A stretch of 64,000 bases of DNA from Auanema rhodensis (Eukaryota > Animalia > Nematoda), in assembly GCA_964057225.1 (NCBI GenBank), contig OZ059898.1, positions 12,214,001-12,278,000 on the forward strand, written 5' to 3'. Below the pieces are notes generated by a model. The model was not told where the DNA came from. It ran no database searches and saw nothing but the letters and a program-made list of their open reading frames with translations. Of this stretch, positions 1-11,631 are shown in pieces (within the stretch, counting starts at the first letter, position 1; every line of letters begins with the position of its first letter). Position numbers and translations under genes: made by a program.

Positions 1-3000
1 CTTTCGCCTCATATCCGTAAGAGCTTTGGTTAGTTCATTTCTAAAAAAAAAGATATATTTAGAAATTTGTAAATGTTATTTACTTCTCGTTAAGTAGCTG
101 ATAGTGGTTCTGCTTTAGAGAGAAAGACTCTGTTTCGGTAGCCTAAAAAGAAATCCATGATGATTAGAACCGTAGAAATATAACCTTCTGATGTTTCAAT
201 TTCGCAAAAAGCTTTCGATTACGATTAGCATGAAGTAAACGACAACTTCTTTCATAAAGTAAATGCTGATTAACTAGCTGTAGCCGAGTTCGAAGAATAT
301 CTCTCTGAACAAAGATAATATTGATACAGTAAAAAAGATAAACCAAACCTGCTGTTTCACATCTGGCAAACCTTCAGTTATATGAGCCATATCATCGTAA
401 ATTTTTCCTGGAAGTTTATCAGCTAAACCAAGTTCCTTCAAACAGTTATGAAAATCCTAAAAATAGCCTTTATGTTGAATTAGACAAAGCTCTAAGTGTA
501 CCCGACTAGCATCCATATATGAGACCCGTCGCACTTCATGTTCTCGCTCAAGTGTTGAATCAAGCTGATCATCTAAACTTGATAATGATCTTAGAAATAT
601 GAAAATAATGCTTACAATATTTGTTATCAATAGGTAGAATGAGCTTTAAATATGGAAATTGGTCAATAAGTGAAGATTGCTTAGGCACAGTTTTTGACTC
701 TATCTCAGCTCGAACCTAAATTTCTTCGTTTAAGTGAACAAACGGAATCAAGCTTACCTCGTCAGCAGGCGCTTTGGCGTACATTTCCCCCATAATATTA
801 GGACAAGAATTAGTCCTTTCAGTAATTTTGCAACAAGTGTGATGTTTGTTGGTAGTCCATTCATTAAGCGTGTCAGGCTCGATGGTTGGACATTCACTAA
901 CAAATCTTTGTCTAGAACAATATTGAAGTAAAATTAGGAAAAAACTATTACAAAACCTGTTAATCTTGCTGAAATATGATGTAACGGAAAAACGACTTCT
1001 AACACCATCCATAGAATCATTTGGGTTTTCTCCATTTTCGCTAACCTGAACTTCAAAATTAGTCGATAAACAAACTGATACTCACTATATCAGTTCCTGT
1101 TTCCACTGTACTTGTCCTCTCTTTATCATCAGAGTTTGGATTACTGAAGAGAAACGAAGTAGAGCGTGAACGAACAACAGAATTTTCTTCTTGTTCAGCA
1201 GCAAATGCAGCAAATGCAGCCCTTTCTCGCACAGCTTTAACAGCAGCCTAATTACGAATATTTTATTGTGAAAAAACAATAAAACACATACCTTTCTATC
1301 TTCCAACAGTTTTAAATTCTTCTGACGGAAAGCTACTTCGATTGCTTGGGGAGAAATGATATTACAGTCTGGTGGAATTACTGTAGGCGTAGGAGCAAAT
1401 GACTACAAGAAACCATTTGAAAAATATTTAAATGATTAATACCTTGTTCATATTTAGATTAACTACAGTAGAAGCAGATGGAGGTGAACCAGATTCATTT
1501 TCTGTGAATAAACTTCTAGCAACTGATCTTAATGATTCAGCAGGGGTTCGCTAAAAACAGAAGCAAATGTCCAGGAAAAACATTAAAATGAAAAACTTAC
1601 AATTCCATCGTCATCTTCATGCTCTGGTGGTATTCCAAAAGCCTCCTCTGCAAGCTCAGCAGTATCATTCTGAAAATAATACTAAAGAAACACATTGCAA
1701 TAGGGGATATACATCAGGATAAGTCACTTCTTCAGCTTTTACTTCTTCAATATATGGAGTTGGGTTGGAATTTCTGAAAGAATTCTTATTCTACATATAG
1801 AAGTGAAAACACTTACCTATTAGCCGATCTACTACTAAATATACTGAAGAGTCTGAATCTACCTTCATTACCAGTGGATCTTCTTCTCTTAAATCACATC
1901 CATTAAAAAATAGTTGGAAGAATAGAAATACCTTATTCTTATCTTCACTTTTAATAAGTATAGGGTCACAATCATCAATATTCCCACGTTTCATGCTAGG
2001 GGTGCTAATATGACTTCCAGGAGGAGTATTAATGTAATTCATGAGATTATCATTGCTTTCTGTATCATCCCAACAAAGATCTTTCCCAACTGAATTAAAT
2101 AGCTCAACAATAGAGAATAAATTGAAAATACAAACCATTTGAAGAAGACGACGAAGTATCGTTTGGGAACATATGAATAAAAAAGTTAGGTGGAATCACA
2201 CCAGGTGAGTCCGCCTCTTCTTGTGTTTGACTAGGCTCTAAGAATATTTAGTTTTTTAATTTATCACTTTTTTTTCAATCTAACCGCCTCCGACAACTGG
2301 GATAGGAATCAACCCTATAATTACACGGCGAATATCATCAAGAAAATCATGAGCTTCCCTGTGTGCAAACCTGGAAATATAAAATTTTCAAAAAATTTTT
2401 CAAGAAGTTTCACCTGTCTTTGAAAAGTTCTTTGTCTTTTTCATACAGTATTAGATTTGGATGAAGCCTGACACCATTACAAAGAGGTACAAGCACATTT
2501 TGAATCAGATATTTTTTGTCATCTCTAATTACAGAGTATCTGAATCGAATGTTGGAATTTAATTAAAATCTTCGGTGTATTATACTTGAGAAAATGAAGA
2601 AGACTGTTTGGATATATGCCGTATAAAGCATGAAAAAATTCACGTATTCCAAAGCCCAAGTGAAACACATTAACCCGATCAACATGATTTGGCGGAATTT
2701 TGCCTTTCTCTACTTCTTTTATCTAAACATCGCATATATTAATTCAAACAGCATCATCTATAACGAACCCTTCTTCTGAAAAGATCACAACAGGCTACAA
2801 AAGTTTGAAACATTGATTGTAAGTTTGTTCCGTTAATGTTGGGACAATGAGGAATCAGAAGAGCCATAAAAAGAAGCCCCGCAATACAATCTGCCACTTG
2901 TTCCCCCGATTTCTATATATTCAAATATTGAAGTTAAATTTATTGATCACGGATTCCTACCCTGATCATATCTAAAAGCAGTTTGAAAATAGCATGATTA

Positions 3001-3469
3001 GCTATTTTTGGTACCCAGCTAGGAGCTTGCTGAACTACTTGCCCTAAACACAATAGGGTTTATTCACGTTTTTGTTTTATCGCACCTAATAAAATTAGAG
3101 TTTCTTGGCTTTTCTTTGAGGCAATAGCATTTACAAGAGAATCCAACAATATCTAAAAATATAAAGTTTTACCCCGAAACGATACAATCGAATTACCTTA
3201 TCATATGGCTCCTTGACTTTACATAAAATCTCCAGAACTCTTTCAGATCGATGATCTACGTAGTAATCAACTAAATCTGATACGCATTCCCCTGAATATG
3301 GTATTAAACCAAACATAAAACAGTATATCCCCTTACCAACGTTGATGAGGTAAATCAGGGAAACACGGGCATCATTGGATACCTTTATATCCTGAGACTC
3401 AAGCAAACGTATTTGCTTCTCAATGTCCGTTTTCTTCGTTAAATTTGCATCATCCATTATAGTCATCAT
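1..3469 (-). CDS. TSC1: Hamartin (TSC1) homologue, multi-exon, 3' end runs off the left edge of the window
   Basis: Spliced exons give LVDYYVDHRSERVLEILCKVKEPYDK, GQVVQQAPSWVPKI, FFHALYGIYPNSLLHFLK, VRLHPNLI and QHLLYERSCRLLHANRNRKL, colinear with hamartin motifs LVDYY..QEPHDK, QPSW, FHRLYGMYP, VRIHPEL, QLLYER..HALRNRRL. Introns checked are GT-AG. Start ATG ambiguous (3469, 3466 or 3457). Confidence 0.93.
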
Positions 3470-4207
3470 GCTCACGTCATCATATTCACATCAGAATTCT
3501 ACCAAGTTTCCAAGAAGTGGAGAAAATACTCAAATCTAAGGTAATCCTGCAAGTTGTACTTGACAAATCATATGAAAAATCGACACAGTACACAACCCTA
3601 AAACGGTTAGGATAGAAAACTTATTATGTTTTAAGCAAGCTATCGGTTACTGATACATTATCTTAGAAATATTGAAAATGGAAAGCTCAAGCTTACAATT
3701 AACAATTGGAATGCCGTCGATTCACATTAGAGCATGTAAGTGGAATAGAGCGCCGTTCACAAGCATAATCAGAAACTACCCGCCTGTGTTTCTCATTGCT
3801 TGAGTATTCTCATTTATCTTTGATGCAAAGTATGCTATCTATTCGGTATTCATAATTTTTTTAAAAAAGAACATAATTTAATCAACCAAGGCGTTAAACT
3901 GATGTTTAACACAATGTCTTATATTCGATATTGTGAATTGAAGCATTTTTATGAAGTTGCAGCCTAGTTTTCATAAAAAGTTTACTTTCCCATTTTTAGA
4001 GATTTTTACAGACGATCATGCGTATCGTGTAAGCCATACCCTGAGTTGGATATTGTCTTCTTTTTTTCCTCTCGGACGTGCCTTTTCTAGCGCCCTTCAT
4101 CGATCGATCCTGTTGTCATACCTCATACAACAATATTCTTGATCAAAAATAAATTATAGTGAAGACAATAAAAAAAATGTTTATTATTCTCAAAAATTTT
4201 AAAGTAA

Positions 4208-4906
4208 TCATTCTTTCTTGGGAGCATTACGTTCTACGAACTTTTTGTCATGCTTTTCTCCGGGGTATTGAACCTATAATAACTCATTTACTCGCAAGAA
4301 ATAACAATTAGCGTGGTTTGTAGTTTGTACAAATTACAACTTCGGAAAGTATTCACCTGAAGGTTTAGAGTTCCGACATCATATGTTTTCTTAGCCTTTT
4401 GACCAAGAGTTACATATTCGTAGGGAACATTGTAGTTGAACTTGCGGTAACCATTCTATAATTTGTCATGGTGTGTATCTTGATTTTTCGAAATAAACCT
4501 TGGCAACTTTAGAAGCATCCTCATCGCATGAGTGGTAAAAACTAATTACTGGTTTAATATCCGTTTCGTTCAGAGGAAATCCATTGGTATTACCCTCGAC
4601 ATGGAACATTCCACCTGGACCAGTGAGAGACTCGTCCAAGATCTGATTCAAATCTACGAACACAGTTCAAAATGAAAAACAAAAAATTGATAAGGAGTAA
4701 CCATCGTTCTTTTCTTGAGCAGTACGGAAGAGACGAATCTTGACGTTGGGGACAGGCTTTCCACCACATAAGACAGTACCCTCAAGAAATAATTGACTTT
4801 ATTAAATTTCATGTTTTTCAGTTACCTTTACAGCTACAACACGTTTGGCGACACTAGCAGCAAATGCAACTGAGCAGACTGCCAAGAGAAGTACAAGTAG
4901 TTTCAT
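4208..4906 (-). CDS. Transthyretin-like (TTR-52 family) secreted protein
   Basis: Signal peptide MKLLVLLLAVCSVAFA, then VAVKGTVLCGGKPVPNVKIRLF, G-F-VEG, PVISFYHSCD, YDVGTLNLQVQYPGE; nematode ttr family signature, 5 exons. Confidence 0.92.
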
Positions 4907-5575
4907 TCTACAAAAAAATAAGGAATAAAATTAAATTTATTTATACAAATTCAATAATATTCTTATCAATAGAAAAGAAAATTGGTTTATCATGCTATAT
5001 AGTTTGAGAAAGCGAAAAGAAAGAAAAGAACAAAGGTATAAGCATGAAAAGTACACAAAGAAAAGAAATAACAAACTGGGGTCCGACAGCCTAAGAGAAG
5101 GTCGGCTGTGATATTGAACGGGATGATAGATTAACAAGACACTTGCCACTATCACTAACTTTGTGCTGATAAGAAACTTAATAAACATTCAATGTTTTGA
5201 GAATTTCAATGTTCTCTTAAAGACAATCTACTAAAAATAATATATATGCACTGATAGTATACTGATAATTGAAACAGTTTATTACTTTATATTTGTTTCA
5301 TGTATTATAATGTAACATAAACTAATATAAATGAAAAATAGTTTATAAAAGCTAACGATTAGAAGATATACTATGTATAGCCTAAACATTGAATAGATTA
5401 GTCTCTACTTTAATTTAATATATAAATAAAGAAACATATTGATTTTATTTTAGTTTTTGACTCTTTATTTTATCAATGTTACATCTATTTTTCCTCATTT
5501 TCTTTACATTCTCCTCATCTAAGACAAGCGAACAATTTTTTTGCCGATATGCTTCGTTTGTCGAAACATTTTCGT

Positions 5576-5657
5576 GCAGTCATGTCCGAGTGGTTAAGGA
5601 GATTGACTAGAAATCAATTGGGCTCTGCCCGCGTAGGTTCGAATCCTGCTGACTGCG
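5576..5657 (+). tRNA. tRNA-Ser(AGA)
   Basis: 82 nt; GCAGTCA/TGACTGC acceptor stem, anticodon loop CT-AGA-AA, long variable arm, GTTCGAATCC B-box, downstream T-run terminator. Confidence 0.97.
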
Positions 5658-8600
5658 AAATTTTTGTTTTTCTTTCAAATCAATTATTTGAACTTTCTAG
5701 TGAATGAAACTATTATTTTCTGTTTTATAATTTGAAATAGCAGATACGTGATCTTATATTGTTATCTTATTTTCAGATTTTTTATATCTTCTACGGAATG
5801 GTAAGAATTCAAAGAATTTCACATTATATACACGCAAGATTCTATAGTCCATACCAACAGATGACCTAAGAACAGAACAGAAGGTGGTTGTCATTTTCGT
5901 TTACGGTAAAATATGGTTTCTATTTATAAATGCACCCTGGGAAGAGAAAAAGATAAATCAGAAGAGCCTTTGTGAAAAAAACTTCCAAAAAATCTTTTTT
6001 ATCTCTTAAAAATTTCTCAACTACATATGTACTAATTAAATTACATCAAGGTCTTTTTTTGATATAACTGTCTTTTTAATTATTAGGAAAACAAATGTCA
6101 AATGAAATCTCAATGAAATGTGAAAATTCGAACTTTTCCTAACAATTCGTCCTTACTCTAGACGCCCCTTCTTAAAATGGCAATAACACAACCGTTCCTC
6201 AGCAAAGAAGTTTTAATAATAAAAATGATTCATTTACAAAAGTTTGTTTATTATTTTAATTATTTTCATTTTTGCGCATACGCTTCCATAAACTTCGCCG
6301 TTTTGGTTCTATTAATGCTTTTTAAGTGAACTGAAAATCTATTCCTTATAATTAATTTTCATAATAATCCTATTAAATCTTAATTATAATTATAAATCGT
6401 CAATGAGATGATAATTAAATAGTTATATCAGAAAATTCGACAAACTGAATTCTTTTTGGTCATTCTATGTGACAGTCGCATTCTCCCTTTTTTCCATCTT
6501 TTTTTTCTTTAAACCCTCCAAATAGATAACTTGAATTTTGACCGAAATAAGATATAATGTAGTGAAGAACTATTCCAAAAAACGAGAAGCAGTAAAACAA
6601 AGTTTTTTTTTGGTCAAAAATCTAAACGTAGCGCCTGTACAACAAAAACTGCCGGATCATGAACCGGTTAGAAAAGGCTTCGCTTACGTTCAAGTTGTCA
6701 TACTTTCCACACCTTCCACATCCTTTTCCTGAACTTTTGTTTCATTTCAGCGCTCTTTTTTAATATTTTGTTATGAGGAACAGAAATGAACAACGATTCA
6801 TGGTATTTGATAACATTGGGAGATTGTGATAATTTTCTTCTCTTTTTTTCCTGATTTTTTGAATTTTTAATACCGTGTTCTAGTTATCGTTTCCACAAAT
6901 TGTATGAAATATCACAGTTGAAACATCTAGTATGTGATGAGGCTAAATTTTTGCTAAATATTTATCAGAAAAATCAAAAATTATACGAATTTCCCGTCAA
7001 ATAGTTATTCAAAAAATGAATATTTAAAACGGGAGATTCCCGCTCAACACTTTCATTGGACTGTCAGTTGGAAACAGTCAATGTTGACAATCACCTTAGA
7101 TGCTATTCTTTTATCAAATGTAAATTATATATAAACTAGTATTGTTGTGTATCTCTTTAAGATTCTTTTTGAGTCAAATAGACAAAGTTTTGATTTCATT
7201 GATATCATTCGGTTTAATGTTTTCTAATTTTTTTCAATTATAACTGTGTGTAATCTAGTCGTTTCTTGTCGCCTCATTTGGATGGATCATCAAGCTGATT
7301 CAGCAAAACATATGATATATAAGAAATATGGTTGATAAATTGGCTGAATCTGAAACTGAACCGAGTTCTTTTGGCAATTTCATTGATCAAAATGCTTAAA
7401 AATATATTTTTATTTCAACAATACTAAAATACATTCAAAAAGTTACAAACTTTTTTTGGTCTATTCAATAGTTACCAACAGTTAGCATTGGTGTATGAAA
7501 AGGCATTCAGACAAAACAGAACAGTTAGCATTCTTCATTTCAAATAGCTCTCAGTTTCTTTACAATTTTTTGTTTCCTTTCTCAATGAGTTGTAAATAAT
7601 GTTTCTGTGCTACTATGAGTATGTGATGCTGATAGATAGTCTTCTCTTTTTTTCTGGAATATCTGTTAGAACGCATCGCTTGAATGCTTCAGCCGATGCT
7701 ATCCTTTGTTTTTCTTTTTCTGATCTTCTGCTGCTTTCACCTGCACCTTATTTGAAGATTTTCCCTAAGATAATAAGCAGAAACACGCAGTCGCTTGTAA
7801 GATAAACTTCGGATCAATTTTGCCGTCTGAATCTTTCCAACTATACGCTTTTGGGGCAAGTCCGCAACTCGTTTTCATCTGACTCAATTTAGTTGTCCTG
7901 CTGTTTGCCATAGGGGGGGTCCATCTCAATAGGATATGCTGCTAAGAGAAAGAGAAAGAGAAGAAGAGATAATTGAAACATATAATACACTGTAACGAAA
8001 AAGAGATGAAAAAGACAAGATCATTGGAAGTGATGACGTCGATTCTATCAACAGCCAAATGTAAGAGATGAATCATATAGTAGCCAGCTTCTTCTTTTTA
8101 TTGTCAGCTTCACTTTTTACTCTTATCATCCACAGCAATCAACTAAGCCCTTATAAGTTTATATATTTTTAGTTACGAGTTCGAAGAAATTGGAACATTT
8201 CATGCATATGTGTATTTGTACATTCTGATTCTCTGTATTTTGTTCCAAAATATATTGAAATCCAAATAAAATCATTTTAATAGTAAAGATTACAATAAAT
8301 GCAAACGATTTTCTGGTATTTTTTTTCAAATTTAGCTTTAATCGGTTTGCTTTTTGACTCGCTCCCATCTTTTTTGTTCGCAAATATCTATTAGCTATTT
8401 GAACTTCCTATTCCATATATCATTCTTCCGAAATGTCACTAGACACACCTAACCATCTAATGCTTCTCCCCCCATCAGAACGATGGTCTGATCGTCAGCG
8501 AACCTTTTATGGGAATAGGCAACTTTTCAATTTCATTTAGAACATTTCTTCTTTTACATGTTTCCATCTTTTCATTTTCAAAACTTTCACCTTAGCCTCA

Positions 8601-9311
8601 GAACATTGAACATTCCCGGTCAGAATAGTAAGTCTAAACTGATAATATATATATATTTCTCTTGACCGGAAGAGCAAGTGACATCTTATATTAATGTACA
8701 TGACATCAACTTGTACAGTTAGCTAATAGTTATTTCATGACCTAATTCAAGATGAAAATTTCTTTTCTATCTTCAGCTCAATTTTCTGCATCTTCGCTAT
8801 AAGTCTATTTAGATTATTAGAATTATATGTTATACATAATAGCTGAAACAACAATGACCCGTCTTCGGCTGACATTCTTCTTCTTTCTCAAACGCATACT
8901 AGTTCTTGTATATCGATGGATAGCATACAAGCATTATCCATAGCTTAGTTAGTAAACTTTCCTGAGCACCTCATCTGCCGGAAAAATCACTTCCTTAAGT
9001 TCCTGCAACAACTACAATTACTTGACGACAAAATGGCCATTGTTCTCAGACATTACTCATTTTGCCAATCATTTTTCGTGTTTTGTACTTTTCAATAGTT
9101 TCATATCTTTTTATACATTGTGGCGTATCAGACATTTGAATATGTAAAGTTTGCAAGTTTGTAAACCTCAACCCTGAAGCTTTAATCCCCACCTTTTTCA
9201 TTTAACCATTTTCTAACATGTCTTCAAAACGTTTTGATCTCAGTTTCTGATACGCTTTACACTCCATTCAGTTTTCTCATTCATCAACTTATACGTTTAG
9301 GTTCTACGCAA

Positions 9312-10390
9312 ATGACCATAAAATATCTTTGGGTATTCCCAACATTAACATTTACCTTCAGTACCCTAGCATTTATCATTTCGTGAGTTGTAACATGATA
9401 GAAGAACAAAACATGTTCTTATACAATTTTAGATCGTGCCTTGCTCACAATAATGACCACGTCGGCGAGATACCATTCATCAGTGACACTGGTGCCCAGC
9501 CACCTGAAAGTTGCTACTTTGGGCTATTTTTGATTTTATCTGCAATATGCAGTATGTTTACTCTTTTATAAATTAATAGTTTGATTTATTTCTCAGTGGG
9601 AATCTCGATGTATCTGAGACATCGTGAGATAATGGAATATAACTTCCATGAGAGCGGCGAACATCCTTGGTGGAACACATCTTCTAGATTTTTTCTATTT
9701 TTGGGCTACATTTCGGTATTTGGACTTATACTAGTAGCTACCTTCCAGGTTATCAGAAATCGAATTCATAGCCATCAAAAAAACAAAATTTTATAGGAGA
9801 CAGTTGTCATTTATGTTCACTACTTTGGCGCTTTTCTAGTCTTCACGTGTGGTGTTATCTATATTCTGTCTCAAACCGTTTTCAGGTACTGAAAAAAAAT
9901 TTTTTTTTCTATGAAAGTGAATTTCAGCTATTTCATGCAGTTTGTAACAAATCGTTATATTTTCGTTGTTCGGGCATTCATTAGCTTTTTAATTGTTGTT
10001 CTCTATCCTATAGGTATAAATTTGGAGTCGTTCATGAAGCAGGAGAACTTAAAATACTTTTAGGTGTATATTGTATGATAGTTGCCCGTCCACCAGAGGG
10101 TGTCCATGGAATACATAAATGGACTCCATCTGAAAAGGTTAGTCATATTTGCATCGTAAAATCAAATTTCAAATCTGTTATAGAATTACGAAATCAGAAA
10201 AACGGCTGCTGTATGTGAATGGTTAATGGCCATATCGTTCCAAATTTATATTTTAACACTTGGAATCGAACTGAAGAATGCTGAATGTCATGGACCCAAA
10301 TTAAAGAACCAGAATAGAAGCACTTCAAGTGTATCTACTTTGTCCGAGACAATAAGCACAGTCAGTCATGCTGAATCTCGTATTGTTTGA
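9312..10390 (+). CDS. DRAM/Frag1/TMEM150 family multi-pass membrane protein
   Basis: 7 exons giving IPFISDTGAQPPESCYFG, LVATFQETVVIYVHYFGAFLVF and AAVCEWLMA, the hallmark motifs of the family. Confidence 0.9.
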
Positions 10391-10945
10391 TGAACTTGAT
10401 CTGATGAGTAGTTAATTATCATGAAATTACATGAAAAAAATGGCAATAAGCTTGCTTAAGCTTTCTCGTCAATTGTTTTATTTTACTGTACATACCCGAA
10501 ACACTGACCTACCCATCGAATGCAACCGAACTACTTGCGTGCTCATTCGAAAATGAATCTCATCTCACGCACATATTAAAATTTTTTGCTAATTGTATTA
10601 TTACCCTCATCATGTTTTTAATCTAATTGAGTTCCGGTATAACCACTATAATGCTTTTCTGACGTGATTTTACGCCTTTTCGACCCCACTGTCCCAATTT
10701 GTCATTTTCAGTAAGTTTGCTCATGACTATTACCTCGTTAACAGTTTCCTGTGACTTTTGCTCTTTTAACATTTTCATAAACTTTTGTTGTTGTTCTATT
10801 TTTAGTAATTTAGATGTTTACGAAAATAAATTGCTCGACTCTATGGTTTGTGATGGTTAAACACTACTATTAAATTGTCATACAACTGAGTACAGTTCAT
10901 TTTAATGTTGCACAACATGTACTGACTTCGTAGTAAACAAGTCGT

Positions 10946-11018
10946 GGCCTTGTGGCCTAATGGATAAGGCGTCGGACTTCGGATCCGAAGATTGCAGGTT
11001 CGAGTCCTGCCAGGGTCG
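10946..11018 (+). tRNA. tRNA-Arg(TCG), copy 1
   Basis: 73 nt cloverleaf, anticodon stem TCGGA/TCCGA with loop CT-TCG-GA, B-box GTTCGAGTCC, T5 terminator. Confidence 0.96.
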
Positions 11019-11307
11019 AAATTTTTGAAGGATTATGGTGTGATTCAACCGTTTTCTCGAACATGTAATTCTGCTAAATTATGGTGGAAACTTATATTAA
11101 CATATCAGATAACTGTAAGTCCTGTTGATGGTTGTTGCGCTCCAATCGTGCAATTGGCATTGGAGAGATCAATTTTACAAATTTTTGACAAACTGTGTCA
11201 TTTTCATACATATCTTTGCTCATGGAAATCTTCTTTTTATTAAGTATTTTAGAAATTACTAGTTATATCTTTGACAACATATACCGACTTTACAGTAAGT
11301 TATCCGT

Positions 11308-11380
11308 GGCCTTGTGGCCTAATGGATAAGGCGTCGGACTTCGGATCCGAAGATTGCAGGTTCGAGTCCTGCCAGGGTCG
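11308..11380 (+). tRNA. tRNA-Arg(TCG), copy 2
   Basis: Identical to copy 1, followed by a T-run. Confidence 0.96.
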
Positions 11381-11631
11381 ATATTTTTGAGGGATTGTGG
11401 TGCGATTCAACTGTTTCCTTGAACATAACTGTGTTAAAATGTGGTGCAAACTCACGTTCGATACATTGGAACACTGTAAGTCCTGTTGAAGGTTGATGCG
11501 CTCCAATCGTGTCAATTCGCATTGGAGCGAACTATCTTATAAATATTTGACAAATTGTGTCATTTTCATTCATATCATTGCTCATAGCTATCTTTTTATT
11601 AATTAACTATTTTAGAGAGGTTACTGATTAT

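Noticed and set aside
6990-7088. Cluster of short inverted repeats (possible MITE relic or pre-miRNA)
   Set aside because: Stems short and interrupted, no target-site duplication, no second copy in the window.
10992-11522. ORF-track ORFs overlapping the tRNA-Arg genes
   Set aside because: Chance frames through tRNA sequence on both strands.
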